A stretch of 63,635 nt of DNA, counting the filler, from Chiloscyllium plagiosum (taxonomy: Eukaryota), in NCBI RefSeq assembly GCF_004010195.1. It is 5 parts of one record of this genome, joined end to end, with 100 filler letters (N's around TTAATTAATTAA, not from the genome) between each part and the next. Parts side by side here need not be neighbours in the genome. Positions count along the whole stretch, not along the records: positions 39,125 to 53,874 come from NC_057710.1; 4 more parts are not named here. One strand, written 5' to 3'. The position numbers and the translations under genes are program-made. Below the pieces are notes generated by a model. It saw nothing but the letters and a program-made list of their open reading frames with translations, searched no databases and was not told the origin of the DNA. Positions 41,208 to 53,974 of the stretch are shown piece after piece. How positions within the stretch are numbered: position 1 is the first letter of the stretch; each line of letters starts with the position of its first letter.

Positions 41208-41435
41208 CTAGATAGATACAAAAATATCAAATTAAAGTTTTACACGTTTTAAATTTCCTCCTTACAACCATTAATAATTTCAGCTCATTTAGAAAGAGCA
41301 GAAGGCAGCCTTGTTACTGCTGCTCCATTGTAAGATGTAATTCCCTGGTGTCATTCTGATCTGCACTCCCAGTGTGACCTACTGACCAAGAGTGTGAAAG
41401 GACAATGCGATTCGCTTTCTCAGGGAGCAAAATGA

Positions 41436-41685
41436 CAGTGCGACCCAGTGCCCCAGAGTGTGACCCTCTGTTCCGCAGAGTGACAGGAGCGCAGGTGACC
41501 CTCTGTCCCGCAGTGTGACCCGAGCGCAGGTGACCCTCTGTCCCGCAGTGTGACCCGAGCGCTGGTGACCCTCTGTCCCGCAGTGTGAACCGAGCGCTGG
41601 TGACCCTCTGTCACACAGTGTGAACCGAGCGCTGGTGACCCTCTGTCACACAGTGTGAACCGAGTGCAGGTGACCCTCTGTCCCA
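41436..41685. repeat. 35-bp minisatellite (cagtgtgacccgagcgcaggtgaccctctgtcccg), about 7 units
   Basis: Units start at 41511, 41546 and 41581. Confidence 0.92.
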
Positions 41686-41852
41686 GAGAGTAAGCCATTA
41701 CTACAGAATGAAAGGACTCCTAGATTGTGAAATGAATGATTCACTGTTTGCTTTGAGTTATCTGTTCCAGATTGTCAGAGGACTTTGTCTGAGCCTGTCT
41801 AGTAGTTGGTTTTTTAAATGAGAGGAAACTAACAACCACTCATTCAACTTAC

Positions 41853-41959
41853 CTCAGCATCCTGTGATTTTGCAATGTCCACAAGGGTTTTTGCAGCTGG
41901 GTGAACAACATCAAGAAGCTTCAAGATAGTGGCTCCATCATTTGAAACAGTAGCTTTCC
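41853..41959 (-). CDS. CCT7: CCT7 exon 3 ([35 protein letters not shown])
   Basis: 107 nt, NDGATIL motif. Confidence 0.97.
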
Positions 41960-43015
41960 CTAAAAAAAAACACACCACCCATTTAATGTATGAAATTCTT
42001 CTGACTGCCTAGTATGTGCCATCCAGTTGCATATGTAAACCTTGGTCTATGCCGGATTAAATGGGATATATTGGAGACATCAGCATCCTGCTCTACAATG
42101 GAGGGACTGAACCAGTTTACACTCCTTATTGAATCTGATCACTGCTACAAATTCTATGTATAGAATTCATTCGGGAATGACACTTTACCCAGTAGTGGTA
42201 ACTCGCATGGCCAAACAATGTGCAAAATTGGGCTAGATGGGCAGTCAGTACTCTGTTTCCTGCAAAAAAAATGCTATTTCATATCATTTTGGGATCTAAG
42301 CCTTTGAAATGTAAAACCTATGTCCCTGGTATTCTAGTGGCACCTGTAATTCATATACCATATTTTTCAATTAGGAGATAGGAAGAACATATTTTTGGCT
42401 CATTAGCAACATCCATTTTACTATTAGCATAAACAGCTAGCTCCATCTATTATTCAAACTTTTGAGATACCTTAACCTTCTAGAATAATCATTGGACACT
42501 TTTCCAAGCCAAAAGTAATAGCTTTAGGCCTGATCATGAGTTTGCACAATGTATAGTGAGAGTGGTCTGTTAGCGGAAGACATTAATCTACAGAATTGCT
42601 TTGATACACCCTATGGTGTGTGCTATATCAGCATCATGCATGCAATGTGATCAAATAATTCGGGTCCTATTTACAAGCTTGCTGACAAAGTCAATCAACT
42701 GTAGAAATCCCAACATGCCTACTGAGTAGTGGTGGAAGGTTTAAGACAGTTAGCAGTAGAAACCTCTGCCCAATTTCTTAACAAATTAAAATATAAATAA
42801 TAAGTTAAATGACTCTATGACAGCAATTAGGAGAAACTTCTCAACATCCTTAAGATTTCTTATGTTTCAACACTTAAGGACTCAGTTAAAAACAGGAATT
42901 GATTGTTTAACCCGTCATGTCTATTCCTCCATTCCATGAACTCAGAACTGATGTTCGAACTCTGTACATAGTTGGGAAGATAGAAACATTGGGACAAGGT
43001 GTTCATTATCCCAAC

Positions 43016-43169
43016 CTCTGTCATCCACGATGAGCTTGTCCATCCCACGTGGTCCAAGTGTGGTACGAACGGCCTCAGCAATAACCTGGCAGGCATTAAT
43101 GTTGCTGATCAGTTGTGGAGTCCCTTGGGAAGTGTCTGTTCCCTCCTTGAGGAGGATAACTGGTGCGGA
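43016..43169 (-). CDS. CCT7: CCT7 exon 2 ([16 protein letters not shown]...[16 protein letters not shown])
   Basis: 154 nt, TLGPRGMDK motif. Confidence 0.97.
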
Positions 43170-44244
43170 CTGGAAAAGACAACCAAATCTCGATTGGTTC
43201 CATTAATATTTGCACATCATAGACTTAATGAGTCACTTTGTGAAGTTTAAAGTTCAGAGTACAAAAGCCACTCAGTTTGAAAAGAGCAGAAACCAACAGC
43301 ATAAACTAAGAACTGGTATTAGAATCACAGAATTTTCTTAGAAAGAAGCAGACTTTGGCTGACTTTTGCAAAGTGCTATCCATTCTTTCCCATTCTTCTG
43401 TTAAGCCCATTTAAATTTTAATTGAAACTTTTATCTACGACAGTTTTTAAAACTAAAATGGCTTCTGTTTGCCCAAATGTTTCATTCTGTCTTGATCGTG
43501 TTCAGTAATTTCTCAGTTCTGTTAATAACGCTGATTATGACTGCGAACAGGACTGAGTGGATTGTTTCATGTGGAATGGACATAATCGACCAAATGGTAT
43601 TCTTCCATACTGCAAATGACCATATGACTATATTTTGCAGTTCATATGTGCCTGCAAACTTTGAAAGCATATCTTGTAGATGATAAGAACTAGGAGCAGA
43701 ATTAGTTCAATCAGCCCACTGAGCCTGTTCAACGTTTCCATGCTTGATATCATGGCTGACATGCTTCTCAACCCCATTCTCCTACTTTCTCCTATAGCCT
43801 CTGATCCCCCTTGCTACTCAAGAATAAAGGCACTCAGACTTTGTCTGGGATTTGAACTTGGGATGTCTTGCATAACAGTGTAATATAAATCCCTAAGCAA
43901 GAACCATAGCTCTAAACCAACAAGAGTCTTCTATGTTTCAATGAGATTATTTCTGATTCTTCTAAACTCCAGTGAGTAGAGTCCCAACCTGTTTAGCCTT
44001 TGCTCAAAAGACAATCTCTCTATACCAAACCTTCATGCTTCTCTGACCTGCCTCCAATGAAACAATATTTTCCCTTTTAAAAAAAAGGACCAAAACGGTT
44101 CACGGTACTACAAATCTGGTCTCACCAGCATCTTGTACAGCTGCAGTAAGACTTCCTGACTCTCATACCCCAATCCCCTTGAAATAAGGGCCAACATTCC
44201 ATTGACCTGATTTCCTTCCGCACCGGTGCACTAAATAAAAACCA

Positions 44245-44345
44245 AATGTTCTGACGAAGGGTCACTCGACCTGAAACGTTAATTGATTTCTCTCCACATA
44301 TGCTTCTAGACCTGCTGAGCTTAGCCAGCAATTTCTAGTTTTGTA
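44245..44345 (+). mobile_element. Penelope pLTR fragment with hammerhead core
   Basis: CTGACGA-A-GGGTC-ACTC-GACCT-GAAAC-GTT at 44251-44280. Confidence 0.7.
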
Positions 44346-45114
44346 CCTGTGCTAGCGGTGTTTCATGCACAAGTACAACCAAGCCCTTTTCTGCTGTTTT
44401 CCTTCACTTAATACTTCACTCTTTTGTTCTCTCTTCCAAACTGATTTTTCTTTCCTCTTCCAGGTGGCTGTGCTATACTCAATACCAATGAAGAGAGTTC
44501 CAACATGGGGATTGGCAAATATCAAACAAAACATAATAGATTAATAACCAACAGTAAAGGAAGCACTAAAGTCTTTTCCAAATAATACAAAGGTAGTGAA
44601 AGGGTGGAGATAATTACAGATAAAAGAGGAGATGGTCCTGTAAAGGCATTAAGTGCATCTGTCTCTGGGCAGTAGTGACAATGGATAAAGATGTACAGAT
44701 GGCACTTTAAAGGGGTAAGATTGATGTCAGTATGATACCAATCAAGCCACTTGTTTTGCCCTGGGTAGTGCCAAGTTTGAGTGTTTTTGGAACTGCACCC
44801 ATCCAGGCAAGTGGGGAATATCCCATCACGTTCCTGGCTTGTATACAGTGGACAGGCTTTATGGAGTCAGGAGATGAGTTACTTGCCTCTGACCTGGTCT
44901 TCCTGCACAAAATTTGCAAGTCTGGTCCAGTTCAGTTTCGCATCAATGGCAACCCTCAGGGTGCTGATAGCAGGAGGTTTAGTGATGGTAATGCCAGTGA
45001 ATACCACACACCTCACGTATAGAACCTTGTTTACACACCACATGGATTACAACATGCAGTGCTGGTATCGCACACCACGAAGGGTGTACTGAACTCAAGA
45101 GTGGGTAACAGTGC

Positions 45115-45215
45115 CAAAAGCCCTTCCTGATGAAGGGCTTTTGCTCGAAACATCAATCTGCCTGCTCCCCGGATGCCGCCTGACCTGCTGTGCTTTCCTT
45201 GCACCACTCTAGTCA
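45115..45215 (+). mobile_element. Penelope pLTR fragment with hammerhead core and 5' fold-back
   Basis: caaaagcccttc-ctgat-gaagggcttttg, a 12-bp inverted repeat overlapping CTGATGA-A-GGGC-TTTT-GCTC-GAAAC-ATC. Confidence 0.75.
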
Positions 45216-45499
45216 AAGTCCCATCCGCCAGTCCCATTCTGGGTGTATTCAGATGATTACTGGGGACCCATGGTGTCATTTGTCAATGTTCCCAGAGACT
45301 AAATAATCTAAATGGGTTGACAGAGGATACCTTCCTGGGTAGTTCTGGGAGTACCCACAAGGTACACTGACATCCGGAGGGATGACAGAGGTTGTACTGA
45401 GTAGATCACTGTTACACCCCCCCCAAACCAACCTCCAGTTAAAATGGGCAGAGTGTTGGGGTGGGCCCCACCAGCCAGCTCCAGGTGCCTGACCCCTTT

Positions 45500-45960
45500 A
45501 AGAGATACCGGGATTGCTCAGACTCGGGCTCCTAGTGCCCCACACGCCGTTTTAACGAGCCCGGGGGCGGCGGTGTTATCGGTATCTCTCTCCCCCACCC
45601 CAAACACACACATACATACATACAAAACTACCCTCACACATCCCCCATGGCCACGGCCGGGCCGAGGCCCAACTCCACCCTTCTCTCCCCTTCCTCTCCC
45701 CCGGATACGGGGTAAAACACCGCATCCCGCGTTAACACCGCCTTCCTCGCTCAGCTCCGACCATCCTCTAACTATCCGGCGCCCCCTTTCACCGACAAAA
45801 CCATCCCGAGCGGGCGGATGGCGCCGGATTACATGGCTGACCCCTCCCAACCCTCACGCACCATCATCTTGAAGCCTTTCTGAGCGCCGCCGCCGCCAGA
45901 ACCTTCCAGCAACTGACCACGCCCTGACGTCACACGCACGGCGCCGTCGCCATGGGAGTA
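45500..45960 (-). promoter_or_regulatory. CCT7 CpG-island promoter with CRE palindrome and HSE-like element
   Basis: CpG-rich; TGACGTCA at 45925-45932; aGAAccTTCcaGcAa at 45898-45912. Confidence 0.65.
45862..45867 (-). CDS. CCT7: CCT7 exon 1 coding part (ATG ATG); T-complex protein 1 subunit eta, full CDS 1635 nt / 544 aa over 12 exons
   Basis: AAG ATG ATG|GTGCGT inside a CpG island; exon lengths sum to an uninterrupted frame. Confidence 0.9.
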
Positions 45961-46009
45961 ATAGATGCCTTGAGTGCCAGCAAGAAAGATGGAGTCCTGA
46001 TACTGGCAA

Positions 46010-47270
46010 AAAGAGATCTGCGCACTGAGGGCAAATAGAAATCTAGACACTAGGAGAAGTCGGTATCTGCACTGGGAGGGAAAGGGAGATCTCTACCCTG
46101 GGGAAAGTAAGGATCTGTATACTGAGGGGGTGGGGTTAGTATTGGTCTGCACACTGGGGAAAAGAAGATCTCTACCCTGGGGGAAATAAGGATCTGTATA
46201 CTGAGGGGGTGGGGGTAGTATTGGTATGTACACTGGGGAAAGGAAGATCTCTACTCTAGGGGAAATAAGAATCTGTACACTGAAGGGAAATAGAAATCTA
46301 GACACAAAAAGTAGGGATCTGTACGCTGGCAGAAAGAGAGATCTCTACCCTGGGGAAAGTAAGGATCTGTACACTGAGGGGAAATAGAAACCTAGACATT
46401 AGGACAAGTAGGGATCAGTACTGGGGAAAGGGAGATCTACACTGGGGGAAATATGGATCTGTACACTGAAGGGAAATATTGGTTTGTACACTCGGGAAAG
46501 GGCAGCACGGTTACTCAATGATTAGAACTGCCTCCTGACAGCACCAGGGACCTGGGTTTGATTCCACCCTTGGGTGACTGTCTGTGTAGAGTTTGCATGC
46601 TCTCCCTGTGTCCATGTGGGTTTCCTCCAGGTTCTCTGGTTTCCTCCCACAGTCCAAAGATGTGCAGGTTAGGTGGATTGGCCATGCTAAATTGCTCACA
46701 GTGTGCAGGGATATGTAGGTGAGGTGATTTAGAATCATAGAATCCCTACAGTGTGGAAACAGGCCCTTTGGCCCAACAGGTCCACACCGACCCTCCAAAG
46801 AGTAATTCACCCAGACCCATTCCCCTGTTACACTACATTTATCCCTAATAATGGACCTAACCTACACATTCCTGAACACTATGGACAATTTAGCATGGCC
46901 AATCCACCTAACCTGCACATCTTTGGACTGTGGGAGGAAACTGGAGCACCAGCAGAAACCCACGCAGACACAGGGAGAATGTGCAAACTCCACACAGACA
47001 GTTGCCCGAGGCTGGAAATGAACCCGGGTACCTGGCACTGTGAGGCAGCAGTGCTGGTTGAGATAATCTTTGAGGGTCAGTGCAGACTTAATGGGCTGAA
47101 TGGCCTGCTTCCACACTGTAGGGATTCTATGAAGCAGAGTTCTGTCCACTTGGAGAAATAGGGATGTGTACTCTGGGGGAAACAGGGATCTGCCCACTGT
47201 GGGACAAAGGGATTTGTCCACTGGGGGAAGATTGGATCTGTCCGCTGGTAGAGAAAGGGATCTGTAGGAG
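46010..47270. repeat. Degenerate tandem repeat (gatct.tacact.gggg.aa-like) interrupted by nested SINEs
   Basis: Recurrent ggatctgtacactgagggg / gatctctaccctgggg motifs at 46010-46500 and 47140-47270. Confidence 0.7.
46501..47131. mobile_element. Nested HE1 SINEs: + copy (46501-46730, resuming 47058-47131) containing an inverted copy (46731-47057)
   Basis: A/B boxes on + at the left; reverse-complement SINE inside; 3' tail of the outer copy follows it. Confidence 0.8.
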
Positions 47271-47419
47271 CAGAGGACAAGAGTAGGCCATTCAGCCCAT
47301 CAAACTTACTCCACCATTTATTACTATCATAGCTGATCAAATATTTCAATACCTTTTACCCCCCCATTATATCCCCATAACTCTTTACACAGTTGATAAA
47401 AAAATTATCAAACTTTGTA

Positions 47420-49890
47420 GATACAGAGATATAGATATAGATACAGAAATGTACAGCACAGAACAGGCCCTTTGACCCACAATATTGTGCCAAGGTTTAA
47501 TCCTAATGTAAAATATAATGACTTAACCTACGCACCCCTCAACTCACTGCTCTCCATGTGCATGTCCAGCAGTCACTTAAATGTCCCCAATGACTCTGCT
47601 TCCACCACCACAGCTGGCAACGCATTCCATGCATTCACAGCTCTCTGTGTAAAGAACCTACCTCTGATGACTCCTCTATACCTTTCTCCTAACATCTTCA
47701 AACTATGACCTCTTGTACCAGTCAATCCTGTCTTGGGGAAAAATCTCTGGCTATTGACTCTATCTATTCCACTCATTATTTCCGACACCTCGATCAGGTC
47801 TCCTCTCTTCCTCCTTCTCTCCAGAGAGAAACGTCTGAGCTTATTCAACCTTTCTTCAAAAGGCAAGCCTTCCAGTCCAGGCAGCATCCTGGTAAACCTT
47901 CTTTGCACCCTCTCCAAAGCCTCTGTATCTTTCCTATAGTAGGGTGACCAGAAATGGACACAATATTCCAAGTGTGGTCTCACAAGGGACTTGTAGAGCT
48001 GCAGCAAAACCTCACGGCTCTTAAAACTGATCCCCCCATTAATGAAAGCCAAAACACCATATGCTTTCTTAACAACCCTATCCACTTAGGTGGCAACTTT
48101 GAGGGATCTATGTACTTGCACACCCAGATCCCTCTGTTCCTCCACACTGCTAAGAATCCTGTCTTTAATCCAATATTCAGCATTCGAGTTCAACCTTCCA
48201 AAATGCATCACTTCACATTTATTCAAGTTGAACTCCATCTGCCGTTTCTCAGCCCAGTTCTGAATCCTGTCTATGTCGCACTGTAGCCTGCAATAGCCCT
48301 CGATACTATCGATGGTACCTCCAACCATTGTGTCATCTGCAAATTTACTAACCCACCCCTCAATCTGCTCATCCAAGTCACTTATAAAAACTACAAAGAG
48401 CAGAAGTCCAAGAACAAAGCCCTGCAGGACTCCACTCAACACTGACCTCCAGGCAGAATATTTTCCATCTACAGCCACTCTCTGCCTTCTGTCAGCCAGC
48501 CAATTCTGAATCCAGATAGCCAAATCTCCCTGTATGCCATACTTCCTGACTTTATGACTGAGCCTACCATGGGGAACTTATCAAATGCCTTGCTGAAGTC
48601 TACATACACCAAATCCACTGCTCAACCTTCATCGACCTGTCTCGTCACCTCCTCAAAGAACTCAATAAGATTTGTGAGGCATGACCTGCCCCTCACAAAG
48701 CCTTGCTGACTGCCTTTAATCACACTACGCTTTGCCAAATAGTCATAAATCCTATCCCTCAGATTTCTTTCCAAAACCCTGCTGACCACGGACATAAGAC
48801 TGACTGGTCTGTAATTGCCAGGGATTTCCCTATTCCCCTTCTTGAAAAGAGGAAAAACATTCGCCTCCTTCCAATCCTCCGGTACGACTCCCGTGGAGAG
48901 TGAGGAGGCAAAGATCCTCACCAGCAGCTTAGCAACCTCCTTTCTCACTTCCTGGAGCAGCCTGGGATAAATCTGGTCTGGCCCTGGGGACTTATCAATC
49001 TTAATGTTTTCCAAAATTTCCAGCACATCAACTTCATCAATCTTGATCTGGTCAAGCCTGTATCCCAGCTCCTCAAAGTTCTCATTCACAACAAGGTCCC
49101 TTTCNNNNNNNNNNNNNNNNNNNNNNNNNNNNNNNNNNNNNNNNNNNNNNNNNNNNNNNNNNNNNNNNNNNNNNNNNNNNNNNNNNNNNNNNNNNNNNNN
49201 NNNNNNNNNNNNNNNNNNNNNNNNNNNNNNNNNNNNNNNNNNNNNNNNNNNNNNNNNNNNNNNNNNNNNNNNNNNNNNNNNNNNNNNNNNNNNNNNNNNN
49301 NNNNNNNNNNNNNNNNNNNNNNNNNNNNNNNNNNNNNNNNNNNNNNNNNNNNNNNNNNNNNNNNNNNNNNNNNNNNNNNNNNNNNNNNNNNNNNNNNNNN
49401 NNNNNNNNNNNNNNNNNNNNNNNNNNNNNNNNNNNNNNNNNNNNNNNNNNNNNNNNNNNNNNNNNNNNNNNNNNNNNNNNNNNNNNNNNNNNNNNNNNNN
49501 NNNNNNNNNNNNNNNNNNNNNNNNNNNNNNNNNNNNNNNNNNNNNNNNNNNNNNNNNNNNNNNNNNNNNNNNNNNNNNNNNNNNNNNNNNNNNNNNNNNN
49601 NNNNNNNNNNNNNNNNNNNNNNNNNNNNNNNNNNNNNNNNNNNNNNNNNNNNNNNNNNNNNNNNNNNNNNNNNNNNNNNNNNNNNNNNNNNNNNNNNNNN
49701 NNNNNNNNNNNNNNNNNNNNNNNNNNNNNNNNNNNNNNNNNNNNNNNNNNNNNNNNNNNNNNNNNNNNNNNNNNNNNNNNNNNNNNNNNNNNNNNNNCCT
49801 ATGAGTTCTTCAATCTCTCTACTGCTATTAGGTGGTCTGTAGAAAACCCACAATGTGGTGGATGTTCCCTTGCTGTTCCTATACTCAAAT
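47420..49890 (-). mobile_element. Long CR1 ORF2 remnant (APE fragment, gap, RT with FADD, C-terminus, tail)
   Basis: ORFs 47573-49089: NYRPVSL, RSCLTNL, SKFADDT, LVRPHLEYC; VFYRPPNSS beyond the gap; stops and frameshifts. Confidence 0.93.
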
Positions 49891-50199
49891 ACTATGATTT
49901 TCCACAGCTCTATGGGTAGGGTATTTTGAAGATTCAACAACCCCTGAGAAAAAAGATTCTCTTCATCTTAGTCCCACAGGGAATCTATCTTATGTTTTAA
50001 TTCCGTCCTCTGGCACTAGACCTCCCAATAGAGGAAACATGTACATCTATCCTAACTATCCCTTTACACGTATGTAAATTTAAATAAGATCACTTTCCGT
50101 TCTTTGAAACTCTGGAGAATACAGGCTCAGTTTGCCCAGTCTCTCTTCAGAGGGCAGGCTGAGGAGGGAGGTTCTCCTGAGCGTCCTGCCCAATATTTA

Positions 50200-52645
50200 G
50201 CACCAAACTACCATCATTTAAACCACATGAAAGATCTGGTCATTCTGCTGCTGCACTCATAGTCTCTTAAGAGCAGGTGTTCAGATATCTCTATCAGACT
50301 ACACTCAATTATCAGTAAAATGCCAGAGAGGAGACTCCTGCTTATCAGTAAGGTGGTAGTGGCAGCCCCTCGTTGTGGTAGGTTCAGAGCCGGGGACTCC
50401 TGGTCATCGGTGAAGTGGCCGGGGGCTCCCGGTTTCAAGGCAAGTGTCTGTCAGGAACATCTGACAGACCCAATGTCTCCTTGTCCCACAGGGGCTCGAG
50501 GACATTATGTGCTTACCACTTCCTGATGGACTTGTGGTCAAAGGTGTTTCTCGTTGCAGATTTCTCCATGAAGGACAGGTGACATGGAACAGCCCAACTA
50601 CTTGGAGTGTTCCGAGGCAGCGAAGCCAGTCCCATCCTTGACAATACCTGGAACAAGTAGACCCTCAGTACATAGTGACACTTGGTGTTTGCATACCAAG
50701 GATCTCCACACAGATTAATGCAGCCACACACGAAGGTGGCTATCAGGAAGAGGGCGGCATTGGTTATGTTCTTCTTCCCTTTATCCAGAGCTTTGTACAT
50801 GGAGTCCCTGTGGGCACAGTCCAGGTTAGACTTCCTGATGAAGTGGAAAATGTCTTGGGTAACTGCAAGGATGCAGATTCAGGAAATGCACCAGACCTGC
50901 GCCAAGTACAACAGAGGGAGTACCTCACACCTGATGATCAGGTTTTTACCCACAACAGAGAGAGTTGGGTACTCTCAAAAGCGCGGTAACTGCCTCACCC
51001 TAGCGATACGCTCCTCCCAAGTTTTGGCACATACCCTGGCCCCTCTGAACCAAATTATCAACACCTTTGGGTAATCTGTCCTGATGGTGAAGGAAATGAA
51101 GGATCAGTCAGCCCAGTTCACAAAGAACATGACCTCGCTTTTGCCTCAACTTACCTTGGCTGCCGAGGCCAGTTCGAACTGGTCACAGATGCTCACGAGT
51201 CTGCGCACTGACAGCGGATCCAGGAAGAAAATGGCAATGTCATCTATATACAGGGAGGCTTTGATCTGCAGGCCTCCGCTGCCTGGAATAGTCACCCCTC
51301 TCAGGCTCACATTCTCCCCAATGGACTCTATACAACACACACAAGGCAGACAACCTTTCTGATTCCCACCGGTTGATTGAGATTGCACTAATGATGTTGG
51401 TGGAGAGCAGTCGGGTCCGATTGTGGATTACCTCCCCAAATCCCATTTTGAAGAGCATGTCCTACACCTCGGTGTACGAGATCCTGTCAGGGGCCTTCTC
51501 CTGGCCCAGGCTGATGAGGCACATGTCCACCCCACCCCTGTACCACATATAGTTGATCATATCTCTGAGGTTAATGAGGCTCTCCAAGATTGTCCTGCCC
51601 GGTACAGCCCAGGTTTGGTCAGGGTGCATCATCAATCCCAGAGCAGACCTGACCTGGTTGGCGATGACCTTAGACAGAATTTTGTAATTATATTCAACAG
51701 TGAAATTGGTTGCCAATTTTTAATTTCCTCCCTCTCTCCCTTCCGCTGGTAGATGATGGTGATGATAAGGTTCCTCATGGGTTTGCACATGGCACCTGCC
51801 AGAAGCACACTGTCACACACCACCACCGGTGTGTCCTGGCCTATCAAGTCCCACAGACCTGAGTACACCTCGGTCAGGAAGTTGTTGCTTCTGGGAGTTT
51901 TAAGGGTATCAATGGTGACAGGGACAAGGTGGGAGAATGGGGTTGAGAAACTTATCAGCAATGATTGAATGGTGGAGCAGACCCAATGGGCTGAATGGCC
52001 TAATTTCTGTTCCTGTGTCTTTTGGTCTTATGGTCTTTCTCCTTTTCTAAGGACTTGGGGGCCTTGGTCAGCTCATCCTGAGATAATGGCTATTCAGGCA
52101 GCATCTGAGGAGCTGTGCTCCATCTGCAGGGAGTCTGAAGACATTGTGTTGCTTGGCAATTTTAACATTTCCATCAGCAATCTGGACATAGAGTCCGGTT
52201 TGTTATAGCCCCTCCACATCGTTGATGCAGTTGAAGTGTCCAGTCAGAATGACCAGCCTGGACATCGCCAGCAGCAGTGGGAGCTACAGGACTGCCAACT
52301 GCCCACTCTGTAGGACTGAGGTGTACACATTAATTAGTGTCAGGGGAACATTCCTGTACCTAATGTCTGCTACAAGGAGGCGCCCACCTACCACCTCCTT
52401 AACCTCAGAGATGGTGAAGTTTCCTCCTCGCAGAAGAATCCCCACCGCAGAGGAATGGCAATCATTACCTCCTGACCAGATCGAAGGCCCATGGGCCCAT
52501 AAGCTTGACCATTCCCTGTCGCTGCTGAGGTGTGGGATCCCACACTCCTGCAGAAACAGGAGCCTTTGATGTTGGCCAGGTAAGCCATATTGAGTAGTGA
52601 CTTTTACGCTAGGCAAGTTCATGCTGACAATGTTCCAATCCATTT
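50200..52645 (-). mobile_element. Decayed Tx1/L1-clade non-LTR retrotransposon ORF2 (APE endonuclease + RT)
   Basis: LFLQECGIP...SGGND..SAVGILL...TLINVY (APE); KNWQPISLLN, YKILSKVIAN..HPDQT, SLYIDD (RT); frameshifted with internal deletions. Confidence 0.85.
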
Positions 52646-52680
52646 TAAGAGTTTTAGATCATCATACTAAATAATAAAGG

Positions 52681-53333
52681 TTCAAGTCAAAGAGTATGGT
52701 GCTGGAAAAGGTTCCTCTACACTGGGAGGCAGGACGCCAACTTGCGGATTGTTTCAAAGAACATCTCTGGGACACCCGCACTGACCAACTCCACCGCCCT
52801 GTGGCTGAACTCTTTAACTCTCCCTCCCTCTCTCTCCCACTCCACCAAGGACATACAAGTCCTGGGCCTCCTCCACTACCAAACCCTAACCACCTGATGC
52901 TTGGAGGAAAAACGCCTCATTTCGCCTTGGGACCCTCCAACCACATGGATCAATGTGGATTTTACCCGTTTCCCCATTTCCCCTCCCCCCACCTTATCCC
53001 AGTCCCAACCTTCCAACTCGACACCACCCTCTTGAATGGTCCTACCTGTCCATCTTCCTTCCCATCTATCTGCTCCAGCCTCCTCTCCCACCTATCACCT
53101 TCTCCCTTACTTTTGTCTACCGATCGCATTCCCAGCTACCTTCCCGCCAGCCACAGCCCCCTCCCATCTATCTCTCAGCCCACTTGGCCCACAAGCCTCA
53201 TTCCTGATGAAGAGCTTGTGCCCGAAATGTCGATTCTCCTGCTTCTCGGATGCTGCCTGGCTGGCTGTGCTTTTCTAGCACCACACTCTTCAACTCTGCT
53301 CTCCAGCATTTGCAGTCCTCACTTTCCCCTAAT
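52681..53333 (+). mobile_element. 5'-truncated Penelope-like element: GIY-YIG C-terminal part, 3' pLTR with hammerhead motif, inverted pLTR piece at the 5' end
   Basis: GRQLADCFKEHL...PVAELFNSPS; CTGATGA-A-GAGC-TTGT-GCCC-GAAATGTC at 53204-53231; gagtatggtgctggaaaag near 52692 is the reverse complement of ~53270-53288. Confidence 0.85.
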
Positions 53334-53354
53334 GTAGGTTAAAACCCATTTTAC

Positions 53355-53874
53355 CTTATAGTCATAGAGTCATAGCGATGTACAGCATGTAAACAGAACC
53401 TTCAGTCCAACCCGTCCATGCCAACCGGATATCCCAACCCAATCTAATCCCACCTGCCAGCACCCAGCCCATATCCCTCCAAACCCTTCCTATTCATATA
53501 CCCATCCAAATGCCTCTTAGATGTTGCAATTGTACCAGCCTCCACCACTTCCTCTGGCAGCTCATACCATACACGTAACACCCTCTGTGTGAAAAAGTTG
53601 CCCCTTAGGTCTCTTTTATCTCTTTTCCCTCTCACCCTAAACCTGTGTCCTCTAGTTCTGGTCTCCCCGACCCTAGGGAAACGATTTTGTCTATTTACTC
53701 TGTCCATGCCCCTCATAATGTTGTAAACCTCTATAAGGTCACCCCTCAACCTCCGACACTCCAGGGAAAACAGCCCCAGGCTGTTCAGCCTCTCCCTATA
53801 GCTCAAATCCTCCAACCCTGGCAACATCCTTGTAAATCTTTTCTGAACTCTTTCAAGTTTCACAACATCTTTCC
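53355..53874 (-). mobile_element. CR1 3' fragment
   Basis: ORF 53444-53863 plus tail. Confidence 0.92.
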
Positions 53875-53974
53875 NNNNNNNNNNNNNNNNNNNNNNNNNN
53901 NNNNNNNNNNNNNNNNNNTTAATTAATTAANNNNNNNNNNNNNNNNNNNNNNNNNNNNNNNNNNNNNNNNNNNN

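Noticed and set aside
41610..41660. CACAGTG RSS heptamers in the 35-bp minisatellite
   Set aside because: No nonamer at 12/23 spacing and no antigen-receptor segments.
45952..46038. Kozak-like cgccATGg divergent from CCT7, as a possible PRADC1 start
   Set aside because: Gives a 28-codon ORF with no resemblance to PRADC1 and runs into tandem repeat.
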